A stretch of 64,000 bases of DNA, from the NCBI GenBank assembly GCA_016721565.1, contig JADKHW010000025.1, positions 1,416-65,415 of the forward strand, written 5' to 3'. The notes under the pieces were generated by a model, which made no database searches, was not told the origin of the DNA, and saw nothing but the letters and a program-made list of their open reading frames with translations. The DNA is from a bacterium (GTDB taxonomy: Bacteria; Electryoneota; RPQS01). How positions within the stretch are numbered: the first letter of the stretch is position 1; every line of letters begins with the position of its first letter. Both the position numbers and the translations under genes were made by a program. Of this stretch, positions 56,189 through 64,000 are shown one piece after another.

Positions 56189-56698
56189 ATGTTCTGCCCC
56201 CATTGTTCCAAACCGAATCCTGACGACGCGCAGTATTGCCAAAACTGCGGTCGTGAATTGCCGACAATCGCTCCGCAAGCGAATCCGGCTACGCACGGAC
56301 TCAATGTCGCACCTGTTCAATACGCCGGCTTCTGGCGGCGCGTGCTCGCATCGCTTATTGACGGTATTCTGCTTTCAATTGTCACTGGTAGCTTCACCTG
56401 GACCGTGGACTTCGATGATTTCAAAATCACCTATGGTCTTGGCATCATTGTGCAGTGGCTCTATTTCGCTTTGATGGAAAGCTCAAACCGTCAAGCCACG
56501 CTCGGCAAAATTGCCATCGGCTTAGTCGTCACCGATGAAAATTATCAACGCATCAACTTCGGTCAAGCTTCAGGCCGCTTCTTTGGCAAATTCCTGTCGG
56601 CAATTATTCTTGGCATTGGTTTCATGATGGCCGGTTTCACTCAAAAGAAACAAGCCCTCCACGACGTGTTAGCCGACACATTGGTCCTGCAGAAGTAG
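56189..56698 (+). CDS. N-terminal zinc-ribbon + RDD-family membrane protein (paralog of 54627..55253).
   Basis: MFCPHCSKPNPDDAQYCQNCG. YAGFWRRVLASLIDGILLSIV. C-terminal block KKQALHDVLADT shared with KKQGLHDILADT of the paralog. Confidence 0.65.
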   Translation: MFCPHCSKPNPDDAQYCQNCGRELPTIAPQANPATHGLNVAPVQYAGFWRRVLASLIDGILLSIVTGSFTWTVDFDDFKITYGLGIIVQWLYFALMESSNRQATLGKIAIGLVVTDENYQRINFGQASGRFFGKFLSAIILGIGFMMAGFTQKKQALHDVLADTLVLQK

Positions 56699-56760
56699 AG
56701 CGAATGTAGCGGCTGCCCCTGTGGCTGCCGAACAGCCTTTCTTTCAGCTTCAAAATTTTC

Positions 56761-57525
56761 GTGCAACTTTCTATACTCGCCTCAGGTTCTAAAGCCAACG
56801 CCCTTCTTCTGCGCGAAGGTGAAACCCGCATCCTCATCGATGCGGGTTTAGGCATTCGCGGATTGATTTTCGCGTTGCAGCAAATTGGCGAGCAGCCGCA
56901 AAACATCAATGCGGTCTTCATTACGCACGAGCACACAGATCACACGCGCGGCCTTGACAGTTTATTGAAAAAGGCTCCGATCCCTGTTTATGCTGCCGCC
57001 GGAACGCTCAAAGCTCTCTCCCCCGGCTTCATGCGGATGCAAAAAGCCTTTCCGATTAACGGTCATGCGGTCGATGTTGGGCCTTTCAATGTACGCGCCT
57101 TTCCGATTCTCCATGATGCCGCTGAACCCGTTGCCTATCAAATTCATGTCGGCCACGAAATTGTCACCGTGGCAACAGACTTGGGCGAAGTTCCCGAGAA
57201 CTTGCATCAAGCCTTCACGGAATCCACCGTTGCCGTAATCGAGAGCAATCACGATGAAGAAATGCTCCGTACTGGCTCATATCCCCAACTCTTGAAGATC
57301 CGTATCGCGGGCAGTACGGGCCACTTGTCCAATCGTCAAACGGCCAACGTCTTGCGCGATTGCAATTCCAAGAGCTTGAAACATGTCGTGCTCGCACACA
57401 TGTCCGAGGAAAACAATCATCCGATGCTCGCACACGATTGTGCACGCACCGCTCTCGACAATCCCGAGATTCCCGTCCACCTGACCGCACAACGTACCGT
57501 TGGTCCGGTGTTGACTTTATCTTAG
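56761..57525 (+). CDS. MBL-fold metallo-hydrolase.
   Basis: ITHEHTDH (HxHxDH) zinc motif. GTG start. Confidence 0.7.
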   Translation: MQLSILASGSKANALLLREGETRILIDAGLGIRGLIFALQQIGEQPQNINAVFITHEHTDHTRGLDSLLKKAPIPVYAAAGTLKALSPGFMRMQKAFPINGHAVDVGPFNVRAFPILHDAAEPVAYQIHVGHEIVTVATDLGEVPENLHQAFTESTVAVIESNHDEEMLRTGSYPQLLKIRIAGSTGHLSNRQTANVLRDCNSKSLKHVVLAHMSEENNHPMLAHDCARTALDNPEIPVHLTAQRTVGPVLTLS

Positions 57526-57543
57526 CACTTCGATCTTTCAAGG

Positions 57544-58899
57544 ATGAAAATGTTAAAGAACGTATTTATAGTAGTGATGGTAGTTTTTGGTCCCCTGTTG
57601 AATATCCTTTGCGCTCAAGACTTTACCTCTTACTTCACAGGAAACATGTTCAATCGGCAAACCTCGCCTGAAGGCGGCGTTTGCATGATGGGTGGTGGCG
57701 TCGAGCATGACGAAGCGATGCGGTGGTTCTTGATGCGAGCGGACAGTGGAGATGTTTTGGTTCTGCGAGCGAGTGGGGAAGATGGGTATAATAGTTATAT
57801 GTACTCCGAGTTAGGAGTAACGGTCAATTCAGTCGAGACTATTGTGTTCAATAATGCGAACGCCTCGAACGCGCCCTATGTACTCAACAAAATCAGGCAA
57901 GCGGAGGCGATTTGGTTTGCGGGCGGCGACCAATGGGACTACGTGAGCTATTGGCGAAATACTCCGGTTGACAGCCTGATCAACGACGCAATTGCCAACC
58001 GCAATATCGTGATCGGCGGAACAAGCGCTGGCATGGCCATACTCGGGAAGTATTACTTTACCAGTCAAAACGGCACAATTACCTCCCCGGAAGCCTTAAG
58101 TAACCCGTACAATCCTTTGGTAACAATGGATTCGACACATTTCCTTGACATTGAATACATGCACGATGTCGTAACGGACACGCACTATAACACTCGCGAC
58201 AGAGACGGGCGGCATGTCGTTTTCCTTGCCCGAGTTTTGACAGACTTTGGCATCGCGCCACGAGGCATCGCCTGTGATGAGAATGCGGCGGTTTGCTTGG
58301 ATGAAAGCGGCTTAGCCAGAGTTTTTGGCAACTATCCGGATTTTCAAGAGGCCGCTTACTTCCTGCAGACAAACTGCGAGTTGGAAGATGTTGCGCCCGA
58401 AAATTGTTCTCCGGCGCAACCTTTGAATTGGAATTTGGGAGGGGCTGCTATCCGCGTGTGCAAAATTTACGGAACTGACTTCGGCAACAGCTCGTTTGAT
58501 CTTTTGGAATGGGAGTTAAGCTCTGGTGGCGAGTGGGAGAACTGGTATGTCGAAGATGGTATTCTGACTCAAACGGACGGAACACAAATCGACTGCAACG
58601 TGTCGTCCGTAGAGGACCAAACCACGCCCGCTCCAAGTCATTTTCAACTTGTAAAGACCTTCCCCAATCCGTTTAATCCATCGACAACGATTCAATTTGA
58701 GCTGTCGCGTGCCGCGCATGTTCAGCTAACAGCCTACGACATTCAAGGCCGCCAAGTCGCGCAGCTCGTGAACGGTTTGCTGAATTCAGGTACTCACAAT
58801 GTGACCTGGGATTGCACCTCCTGCTCATCGGGAATCTATCTGATTGAGCTGAGCAGTGAAGGTCAATTGCAAGTCGAGAAGGCCATGCTGCTGCGCTAA
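57544..58899 (+). CDS. Secreted peptidase-S51 (cyanophycinase-like) protein with T9SS C-terminal domain.
   Basis: S51 blocks GGGVEHDEAM, IWFAGGDQ, nucleophile IVIGGTSAGMAIL. Signal peptide. CTD FPNPFNPSTTIQF ... KAMLLR. Confidence 0.6.
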   Translation: MKMLKNVFIVVMVVFGPLLNILCAQDFTSYFTGNMFNRQTSPEGGVCMMGGGVEHDEAMRWFLMRADSGDVLVLRASGEDGYNSYMYSELGVTVNSVETIVFNNANASNAPYVLNKIRQAEAIWFAGGDQWDYVSYWRNTPVDSLINDAIANRNIVIGGTSAGMAILGKYYFTSQNGTITSPEALSNPYNPLVTMDSTHFLDIEYMHDVVTDTHYNTRDRDGRHVVFLARVLTDFGIAPRGIACDENAAVCLDESGLARVFGNYPDFQEAAYFLQTNCELEDVAPENCSPAQPLNWNLGGAAIRVCKIYGTDFGNSSFDLLEWELSSGGEWENWYVEDGILTQTDGTQIDCNVSSVEDQTTPAPSHFQLVKTFPNPFNPSTTIQFELSRAAHVQLTAYDIQGRQVAQLVNGLLNSGTHNVTWDCTSCSSGIYLIELSSEGQLQVEKAMLLR

Positions 58900-58959
58900 A
58901 CAGAATCGAAACGTTTGACATTCATTCACATTTCACATATGTCCCACAAGGAAAGCAAA

Positions 58960-59649
58960 ATGAAATCTCTTTTGATCGTACTGATTGCCGCAGGTGTTGC
59001 ATTCGCAGGCTGCGGCGGCGGTGATAAGGCCGCCGTCAAAGACGCAAGCAAGATCGAGCCGAAAAAGACCGAAGTCAAAAACACTCAGGAGCAAGCGAAA
59101 CCCGTGTCCGATACACCGAAACTCGAAAAATGGCCGGCCGATTACCCCGTCACAGGTGATAGCGTTGCCGTGATTGAAATTGAACAAGAAGGCGGCCCCA
59201 TCAAGGGCACAATCGTCGCTGAATTTTATCCCGATAAGGCTCCCAACCACGTGCGTAATTTCAAGTGGCTGGCCGATCACAACTATTATGACGGCGTGAT
59301 TTTCCATCGCGTCATCAAGGGCTTCATGATTCAAGGCGGCGATCCCACCGGCACGGGCCAAGGCGGTCCGGGTTGGACGGTGAATGCTGAGTTCAACGAT
59401 CGCAAGCATGAGCCGGGCACGCTTTCTATGGCCCGCACTCCTGATCCGAACAGCGCCGGTTCGCAATTCTTCATCTGCCACGTCGCCACGCCGCATCTTG
59501 ACAATCAATATACCGTCTTCGGTAAGACCATCAAGGGCATGGAACTCGTGAATCAGATCGCCGAGACTCCGGTTCAAGGCTCCACCCCGCTTGCCAAGAT
59601 CAAGATGAAATCCGTCAAGATCGTCAGCCGCGCCCAAGCCGGCCTGTAA
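58960..59649 (+). CDS. ppiB: Cyclophilin-type peptidyl-prolyl cis-trans isomerase lipoprotein.
   Basis: Lipobox VAFAGCGG. FHRVIKGFMIQGGDP, GTLSMARTPDPNSAGSQFFI. Confidence 0.85.
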   Translation: MKSLLIVLIAAGVAFAGCGGGDKAAVKDASKIEPKKTEVKNTQEQAKPVSDTPKLEKWPADYPVTGDSVAVIEIEQEGGPIKGTIVAEFYPDKAPNHVRNFKWLADHNYYDGVIFHRVIKGFMIQGGDPTGTGQGGPGWTVNAEFNDRKHEPGTLSMARTPDPNSAGSQFFICHVATPHLDNQYTVFGKTIKGMELVNQIAETPVQGSTPLAKIKMKSVKIVSRAQAGL

Positions 59650-59700
59650 GAATATCAATGTAGGGGCGGATGGCAATCCGCCCGCACTTTGCTGACAACA

Positions 59701-59736
59701 AAAAACAGCCGCACGGATTTCCATGCGGCTGTTTTA
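59701..59736. terminator. Intrinsic terminator (second of two hairpins after ppiB).
   Basis: AAAAA-CAGCCGCA-cggatttcca-TGCGGCTG-TTTT. Preceded by GGCGGA-tggcaa-TCCGCC. Confidence 0.6.
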
Positions 59737-59769
59737 TATCTGTAATTGAATTGGAAACTTCCAACCAAA

Positions 59770-60120
59770 TCAGTCATTCTTCTCCGCTTGATACTCCGGC
59801 GGCAATTTGTGCTCTTTCAAACATTGCAAAACATCCCTTGCCCATTTCATCGAGCAGTCGACGTTGCAGGGCGAAAGTCCACTTTGGGAGAACAGCGGCT
59901 CTCGCACTTCGGATCCAGAAAACCTGATTCCATGGTGATCTCTGAGAACAGCCCCGAAACAAACCAACCGATGCAAAATCGATGCATGCACATCGGCACA
60001 TCATGCAAGACGTACAGGCCGTACTCGGCCTCACCAAACACAGCTTGATACCCGGTCAACGCAAGCTGGTATCAAGAATAAACTGCTCCATCGTCGGCCA
60101 TCTTGCCGCAGCCACCACAC
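59770..60120 (-). pseudogene. Decayed tandem paralog of the Cys-rich zinc-finger-like gene 60364..60750, with at least two frameshifts and an internal stop.
   Basis: Three frames together read EQFILDTSLR / TGYQAVFGEAEYGLYVLHDVPMC / HASILHRLVCFGAVLRDHHGIRFSGSEVREPLFSQSGLSPCNVDCSMKWARDVLQCLKEHKLP, colinear with EEFVLDTNLRVNGYQAKLSEADEGLCILTHECPSC ... CSVACSMQWAREVLQYLRNHKLP. Confidence 0.6.
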
Positions 60121-60363
60121 CTGCACACCTTAAACGCTGGACCCAATTCCATTGTAACCCCCTGATAGTGTTCAATTGCAATGTAAAGGTCACAATTGTC
60201 ATTATCAAGAGACAAATGTCACACTATGGCATGTTCGTTAATCCAAATACATCAAAAAATGAGGTTGACCGCGGGTCAATAGACGTTAGGTCGACTCGCG
60301 CTGACTTATCATCATAAAAACAAACAAATTCCAGCTCTTATGTCTGTAAAAATTCAATCGGTA

Positions 60364-60750
60364 CTATCTATCGGGTAACTTATGATTCCTCAAGTATTGC
60401 AATACCTCGCGCGCCCATTGCATCGAGCACGCTACACTGCATCCTTCGAGATCATCATCCTTGAAACAATGCCCTTCGCATTCAGAACTCATAAACATGA
60501 GTTCAGGATGTCGTTTGCCGTGGTACAGTTCTGATAAACTGCCGATCGTAACAGACAACGATGTCAGGCAAGAAGGGCATTCGTGTGTCAGAATGCACAA
60601 CCCTTCGTCCGCCTCGCTCAGTTTTGCCTGATAGCCGTTAACGCGCAAGTTCGTGTCGAGCACGAACTCCTCGATAGTTTTCCATTCGAAACCGCACTTG
60701 TCGCAGACCTTGAATGGAGCTAACCCGCCCATTTCTTCCCCTTCACACAA
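60364..60750 (-). CDS. Hypothetical Cys-rich zinc-finger-like protein (four CxxC/CxxxC pairs), divergent from the giant repeat-protein gene.
   Basis: CDKC, CPSC, CEGHC, CSVAC pairs. No family recognised. Intact 128-aa ORF. Confidence 0.5.
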   Translation of the reverse strand: MCEGEEMGGLAPFKVCDKCGFEWKTIEEFVLDTNLRVNGYQAKLSEADEGLCILTHECPSCLTSLSVTIGSLSELYHGKRHPELMFMSSECEGHCFKDDDLEGCSVACSMQWAREVLQYLRNHKLPDR

Positions 60751-60980
60751 AGTGATCCCTTACCACCGCAATTAACTGCAATAACCGCTCCGTAGGTGCT
60801 TAATTCCGCCAGAAACCCAACCCTGCTAACCCTAACTTGGTAAGAATTAGCCAAACTGCGCAATGTTGTAAGAAAATTGCCAATAAACTTGCACTTTTGG
60901 TGTAAGCTGTTTTATTATATGATATAGAACAGCACCTTGCGGACATTTGGCCAAACATGACTAAATTAGGAGAAATCAAG

Positions 60981-63900
60981 ATGTACCGATGTAGAATCCT
61001 GTGCTCAGCCCTCCTGTTCCTGCTCCTCTCACTCCCCCTCTGGGCCGCTAACGAAGAGGCAAACCGCGATCCCGGCAATCCTCTCGACCAAGGCGGAGAG
61101 ACCTGCACCTCTGCCACCGCCATTACAACCCTACCGTACTGCGATACGGGCACAACTGCCAACCGCATAAACGACTACCCTGTCCCCTGCAATACCGGCA
61201 GTGCCGCTCCCGACGTGGTTTACACCGTGACACCTCCGGTTACAAGCGTACTTTCCTTCTCGCTCTGCGGTTCTCCCTACAACACTGCATTGACAATCTG
61301 GCGTGGCTGTCCCTCAGCAGGCGGTGTGTTGATCTGTTGTAGCGATAACGTCTGTGGCGATGATGCCTGCTGCAGCGGTGTGACCTTGCTTGCCAATGTT
61401 CAGTACTTTGTGGTCGTCGATGGTGGTTCAACCCCTCCCAATCAAGGCAGCTACACTCTCAATGTTGTGCAAGGCGAAAGCTGCCCCAGCACTCCCTGTC
61501 AATCAACATGTCCTTACCCCAACGTTGAAAACGGGGGGGGAAAAACCATGTTTTGCCTGGTGGAACCATTACCTGCGGCGACACCGTTTGTGGATTCATG
61601 GAAGTAAGTTCGAATGACTTCTATGTGTTCATAGTAGCTGGTCCAGGTAGCAAGATGGTCTCAATTGACGTGTTCGGCAACGACACCAGTTCTTTGGTCA
61701 GGGTTGCTGTCGTACGCCATTGACGTTAAAGGAGCGAAGATGCGCGTATTGACTCTCTCTGTTTGCCACCCGGAACGTATGAGATACACGTTGGAAGCCA
61801 GCCCCAAAACACCAACTCGGGGCCATACATAATTGCGACATCTTGCTCTCCTTGTATCTGCCCTTATCCGAATGGCGATGTAGAAAACAACAACCTTTGT
61901 GCAACAGGCGGAACGGTTCTGACCTGTGGTGACACCGTCTGCGGTAACATCACACCCGGCATTGACGGCCAAGACTACTACTATCTCGATATCTTCGGCC
62001 CCGGCTGCCAAAACGTCACGGTTAATGTTTTCGGCAATGACACTCCGGGCCAATATCCCTTCGGACAAGGCTTGAACCCGCAAGTTTACATCGGTACGGC
62101 GACGTGCGATTCTCTAATTGCCGGAGATTTAAACAGCGGAATTGGCAACGATGCGCTAATAGATTCACTTTGTTTGCCTCCAGGCATCTACCGACTGTAT
62201 GTCATGGGTGAACCCAATCAGCAATCGTTCGGGCCTTATGTGCTTTCGGTTAATTGCACGCCTTGCCAATGCCCGACCTGCACCTACCCGAATCAAGATC
62301 TCGAACCCAACGGCGTTTGTAGCGGCGGTGGTGCGGTCATCGCGTGCGGTGACACGACGTGCGGAGAAATCGGTCCAAACGCTGACAATGACTACTACTA
62401 TTTACGGGTTGATGGCCCATCGTGCCAACTTGTGACCATTGATGTTTTCGCCGATGACACGCCGGGACAATTCCCGTTTGGTCACGGTTTAAATCCGATG
62501 TTGAATATCTATCCCCCGGATGCGGTGCGTTAATCGCATCGGACACGATGGGTGGAGTCGGTGAAGATGCACGTTTACAACTCTGTCTTCAGCCGGGTAC
62601 CTATCGTGTGCTCGTCCGTCAAGAAACCGAAACACCTTTGACGGTCGGGCCGTACATTCTCGCGACGTCCTGCACGCCGTGCCAATGTCCCGATACTTGT
62701 AGCTACCCCAATCGTGACAACGAAGCCGTCAACAACACCTGCGGCACATTCAATCCGCCCATGGATTTGCGGTGACACGTTGTGCGGCAATATTGCCTCC
62801 CCGAATGATGTTGACTGGTATTTGATTACCGTCGTCGGTCCCGGTTCCATTCGTTTGAAAGTTGACGTCTTCGGTGATGACACTCCCGGCTGGTATCCTT
62901 TTGGCCAGGGCTTGGATCCGATGGTTCGCGTCGTCGGCGTCGGCTGCTCGTCAATTCTTGGAGTGGATACCGCAAGCGGAGTGGGTGAAGATGCACATCT
63001 CGAAATCTGCTTGACTCAGGGAACATATAATATCCAAGTCCAGCAAGAAGACTTCACCTCCGGTCCGTACATTCTGGCAACAGCATGTGAACCGTGCGAC
63101 ACCTGTCCATACCCGAGTCTCGATATCGAACCGCTCAATGACAACTGCGGCACGTTCAACCCGATCATTCATTGCGGCGACGCACTCTGCGGTGAAATCC
63201 GCCAAGACCACGGCATCAACGACGACTGGTATGTTCTGCAACTCACGCAGTGCACCCAGCTCTTCATCGACATCTTGGGTGACGATACCCCGGGCTTCTA
63301 TCCCTTCGGTCATGGTCTGAACACCGCCGTTGAACTCTGGCGCGCTGATTGTCAACAAGTTCTCTATCAAGACTTGAACAGCGGCACAGGTGAAGACGCG
63401 CGACTGAACACACCATGCATCGAACCCGGTATCTACATGCTTCGTGTGTACGGTGAAAACCTGACACAAGGGCCGTACATCATCTTCGTCGGCTGCGAAA
63501 GCTGCACCTGTCCCACACCGTGTGAAGTCACATGCCCACCCAATGCCTTGCTTGAAAACGAACCTTGCCCGTCCAACATCGATACGGTAAACGGCGGATG
63601 TGACGTCACCCAGCCGCGCTTCAGCCGGATATCCTGCGGCGACGTTTATTGTGCTACATCATTCTATAGTGCCGATTATGTGGATCTAGATTGGTACCGC
63701 TTCGTACTGCTTGAGAATCATCAGGTACGCATTTGCGCATCCAGTGAGTTCGATGGCTACTTGAGACTGTTTAGCGAAGGCCCGTCACCTGTCAATTGCG
63801 ATTTAATCGACCTCGTGGATTGTCAGGTGGTTAACGGCTGTGAAGGCATACAGTGTTTGTCAGTTTGCTTGTCACCGGGCATTTACAATATCCAGTGGAC

Positions 63901-64000
63901 TCCGCTCGAACACGTTAATTGCGGTGACTACTTACTCTCCATGGTTTGCGGCGATTGCCAGCCGACAGTTTGTGAAGCGCCCGACAGCGTCGTGATTCAC
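60981..64000 (+). CDS. Giant secreted protein (over 1000 aa, 3' end beyond window) of tandem modules, each a Cys-knot linker (C.PC.CP..C.YPN.D.EPN) followed by a PPC-like beta-sandwich (CGDT.CG.I ... D.D(W/Y)Y.L ... DDTPGxYPFGxGLNP ... G.GEDA.L ... PG.Y). Interrupted by at least 6 homopolymer frameshifts between 61550 and 62770.
   Basis: SD AGGAGA + ATG 60981. Signal MYRCRILCSALLFLLLSLPLWA. At least 7 repeat modules traced across frames 0/2/1/0/2/1/2. Uninterrupted frame 62765..64000 verified codon by codon. Shift sites at G8/A5 (about 61553), TTT (about 61690), GGG (about 61703), about 61735, C5 (about 62507), GG (about 62770). Confidence 0.7.

Noticed and set aside
60957-64000. Diversity-generating retroelement or DNA-level tandem repeat array in the giant repeat gene.
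   Set aside because: No reverse transcriptase or template repeat nearby. Modules are only about 35-45% identical at protein level, so there is no near-identical DNA repeat.
1-64000. CRISPR arrays, tRNA/rRNA genes, integrases, transposases, phage genes.
   Set aside because: Scanned intergenic regions longer than 60 nt for direct-repeat/spacer periodicity, cloverleaf-compatible GTTC-containing about 75-nt units and recombinase motifs. None found.

Overview
This 64 kb window is gene-dense chromosomal DNA, about 52% GC, with no rRNA, tRNA, CRISPR array, integrase or transposase detected. At least nine proteins end in the type IX secretion (T9SS) C-terminal sorting domain (NPFNPTT ... LK). That domain points to a member of the Bacteroidota / FCB-group superphylum, but the lineage cannot be named from sequence alone.

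Gene content, from 5' to 3':
- A membrane quinol-dehydrogenase-like module: tetraheme cytochrome c, a Tat-exported 4x[4Fe-4S] ferredoxin and an NrfD/PsrC membrane subunit. No molybdopterin catalytic subunit is adjacent.
- Several secreted T9SS cargo proteins: a BNR/Ycf48-like beta-propeller, an FG-GAP/VCBS protein, a beta-helix protein, proprotein-convertase P-domain / cleaved-adhesin proteins, and a cyanophycinase-like S51 peptidase.
- An ECF sigma / anti-sigma / PepSY unit.
- An ArsR-headed cluster of SRPBCC(AHSA1)/SnoaL/VOC/DUF1801/DoxX stress-type genes.
- A secreted NHL beta-propeller fused to a five-heme cytochrome c domain.
- A LemA-HtpX pair, a SAM-methyltransferase-patatin pair, and a thiolase plus GNAT.
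- A TPR-membrane / processive GT2 / GT39 glycosylation cluster.
- The oxidative pentose-phosphate operon gnd-zwf-opcA-pgl.
- An outer-membrane beta-barrel with a TPR protein, and two tandem repeat lipoproteins.
- alr, a KirBac-type K+ channel, a permease-HMA fusion, pyrF and pyrE interleaved with three zinc-ribbon membrane proteins, an MBL hydrolase and a cyclophilin lipoprotein.
- Two tandem Cys-rich zinc-finger-like genes (one decayed) divergent from a very large secreted protein built of tandem Cys-knot plus PPC-like beta-sandwich repeats that runs off the window end.

A recurring technical signal: at least 12 single-base frameshifts, almost all inside C/G (occasionally T) homopolymers, interrupt otherwise continuous protein homology. 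They are concentrated in paralogous T9SS cargo genes and the giant repeat gene. This pattern is most consistent with homopolymer indel errors from sequencing or consensus rather than real pseudogenes.

Candidates for genuinely new biology:
- the secreted NHL-multiheme cytochrome;
- the catalytic-subunit-less NrfD/FeS/cytochrome module;
- the orphan P-domain T9SS cargo proteins;
- the giant Cys-knot/PPC repeat protein with its divergent zinc-finger partner;
- the novel roughly 33-residue-repeat lipoprotein pair;
- a promoter-to-terminator small RNA candidate at about 33.33-33.46 kb.
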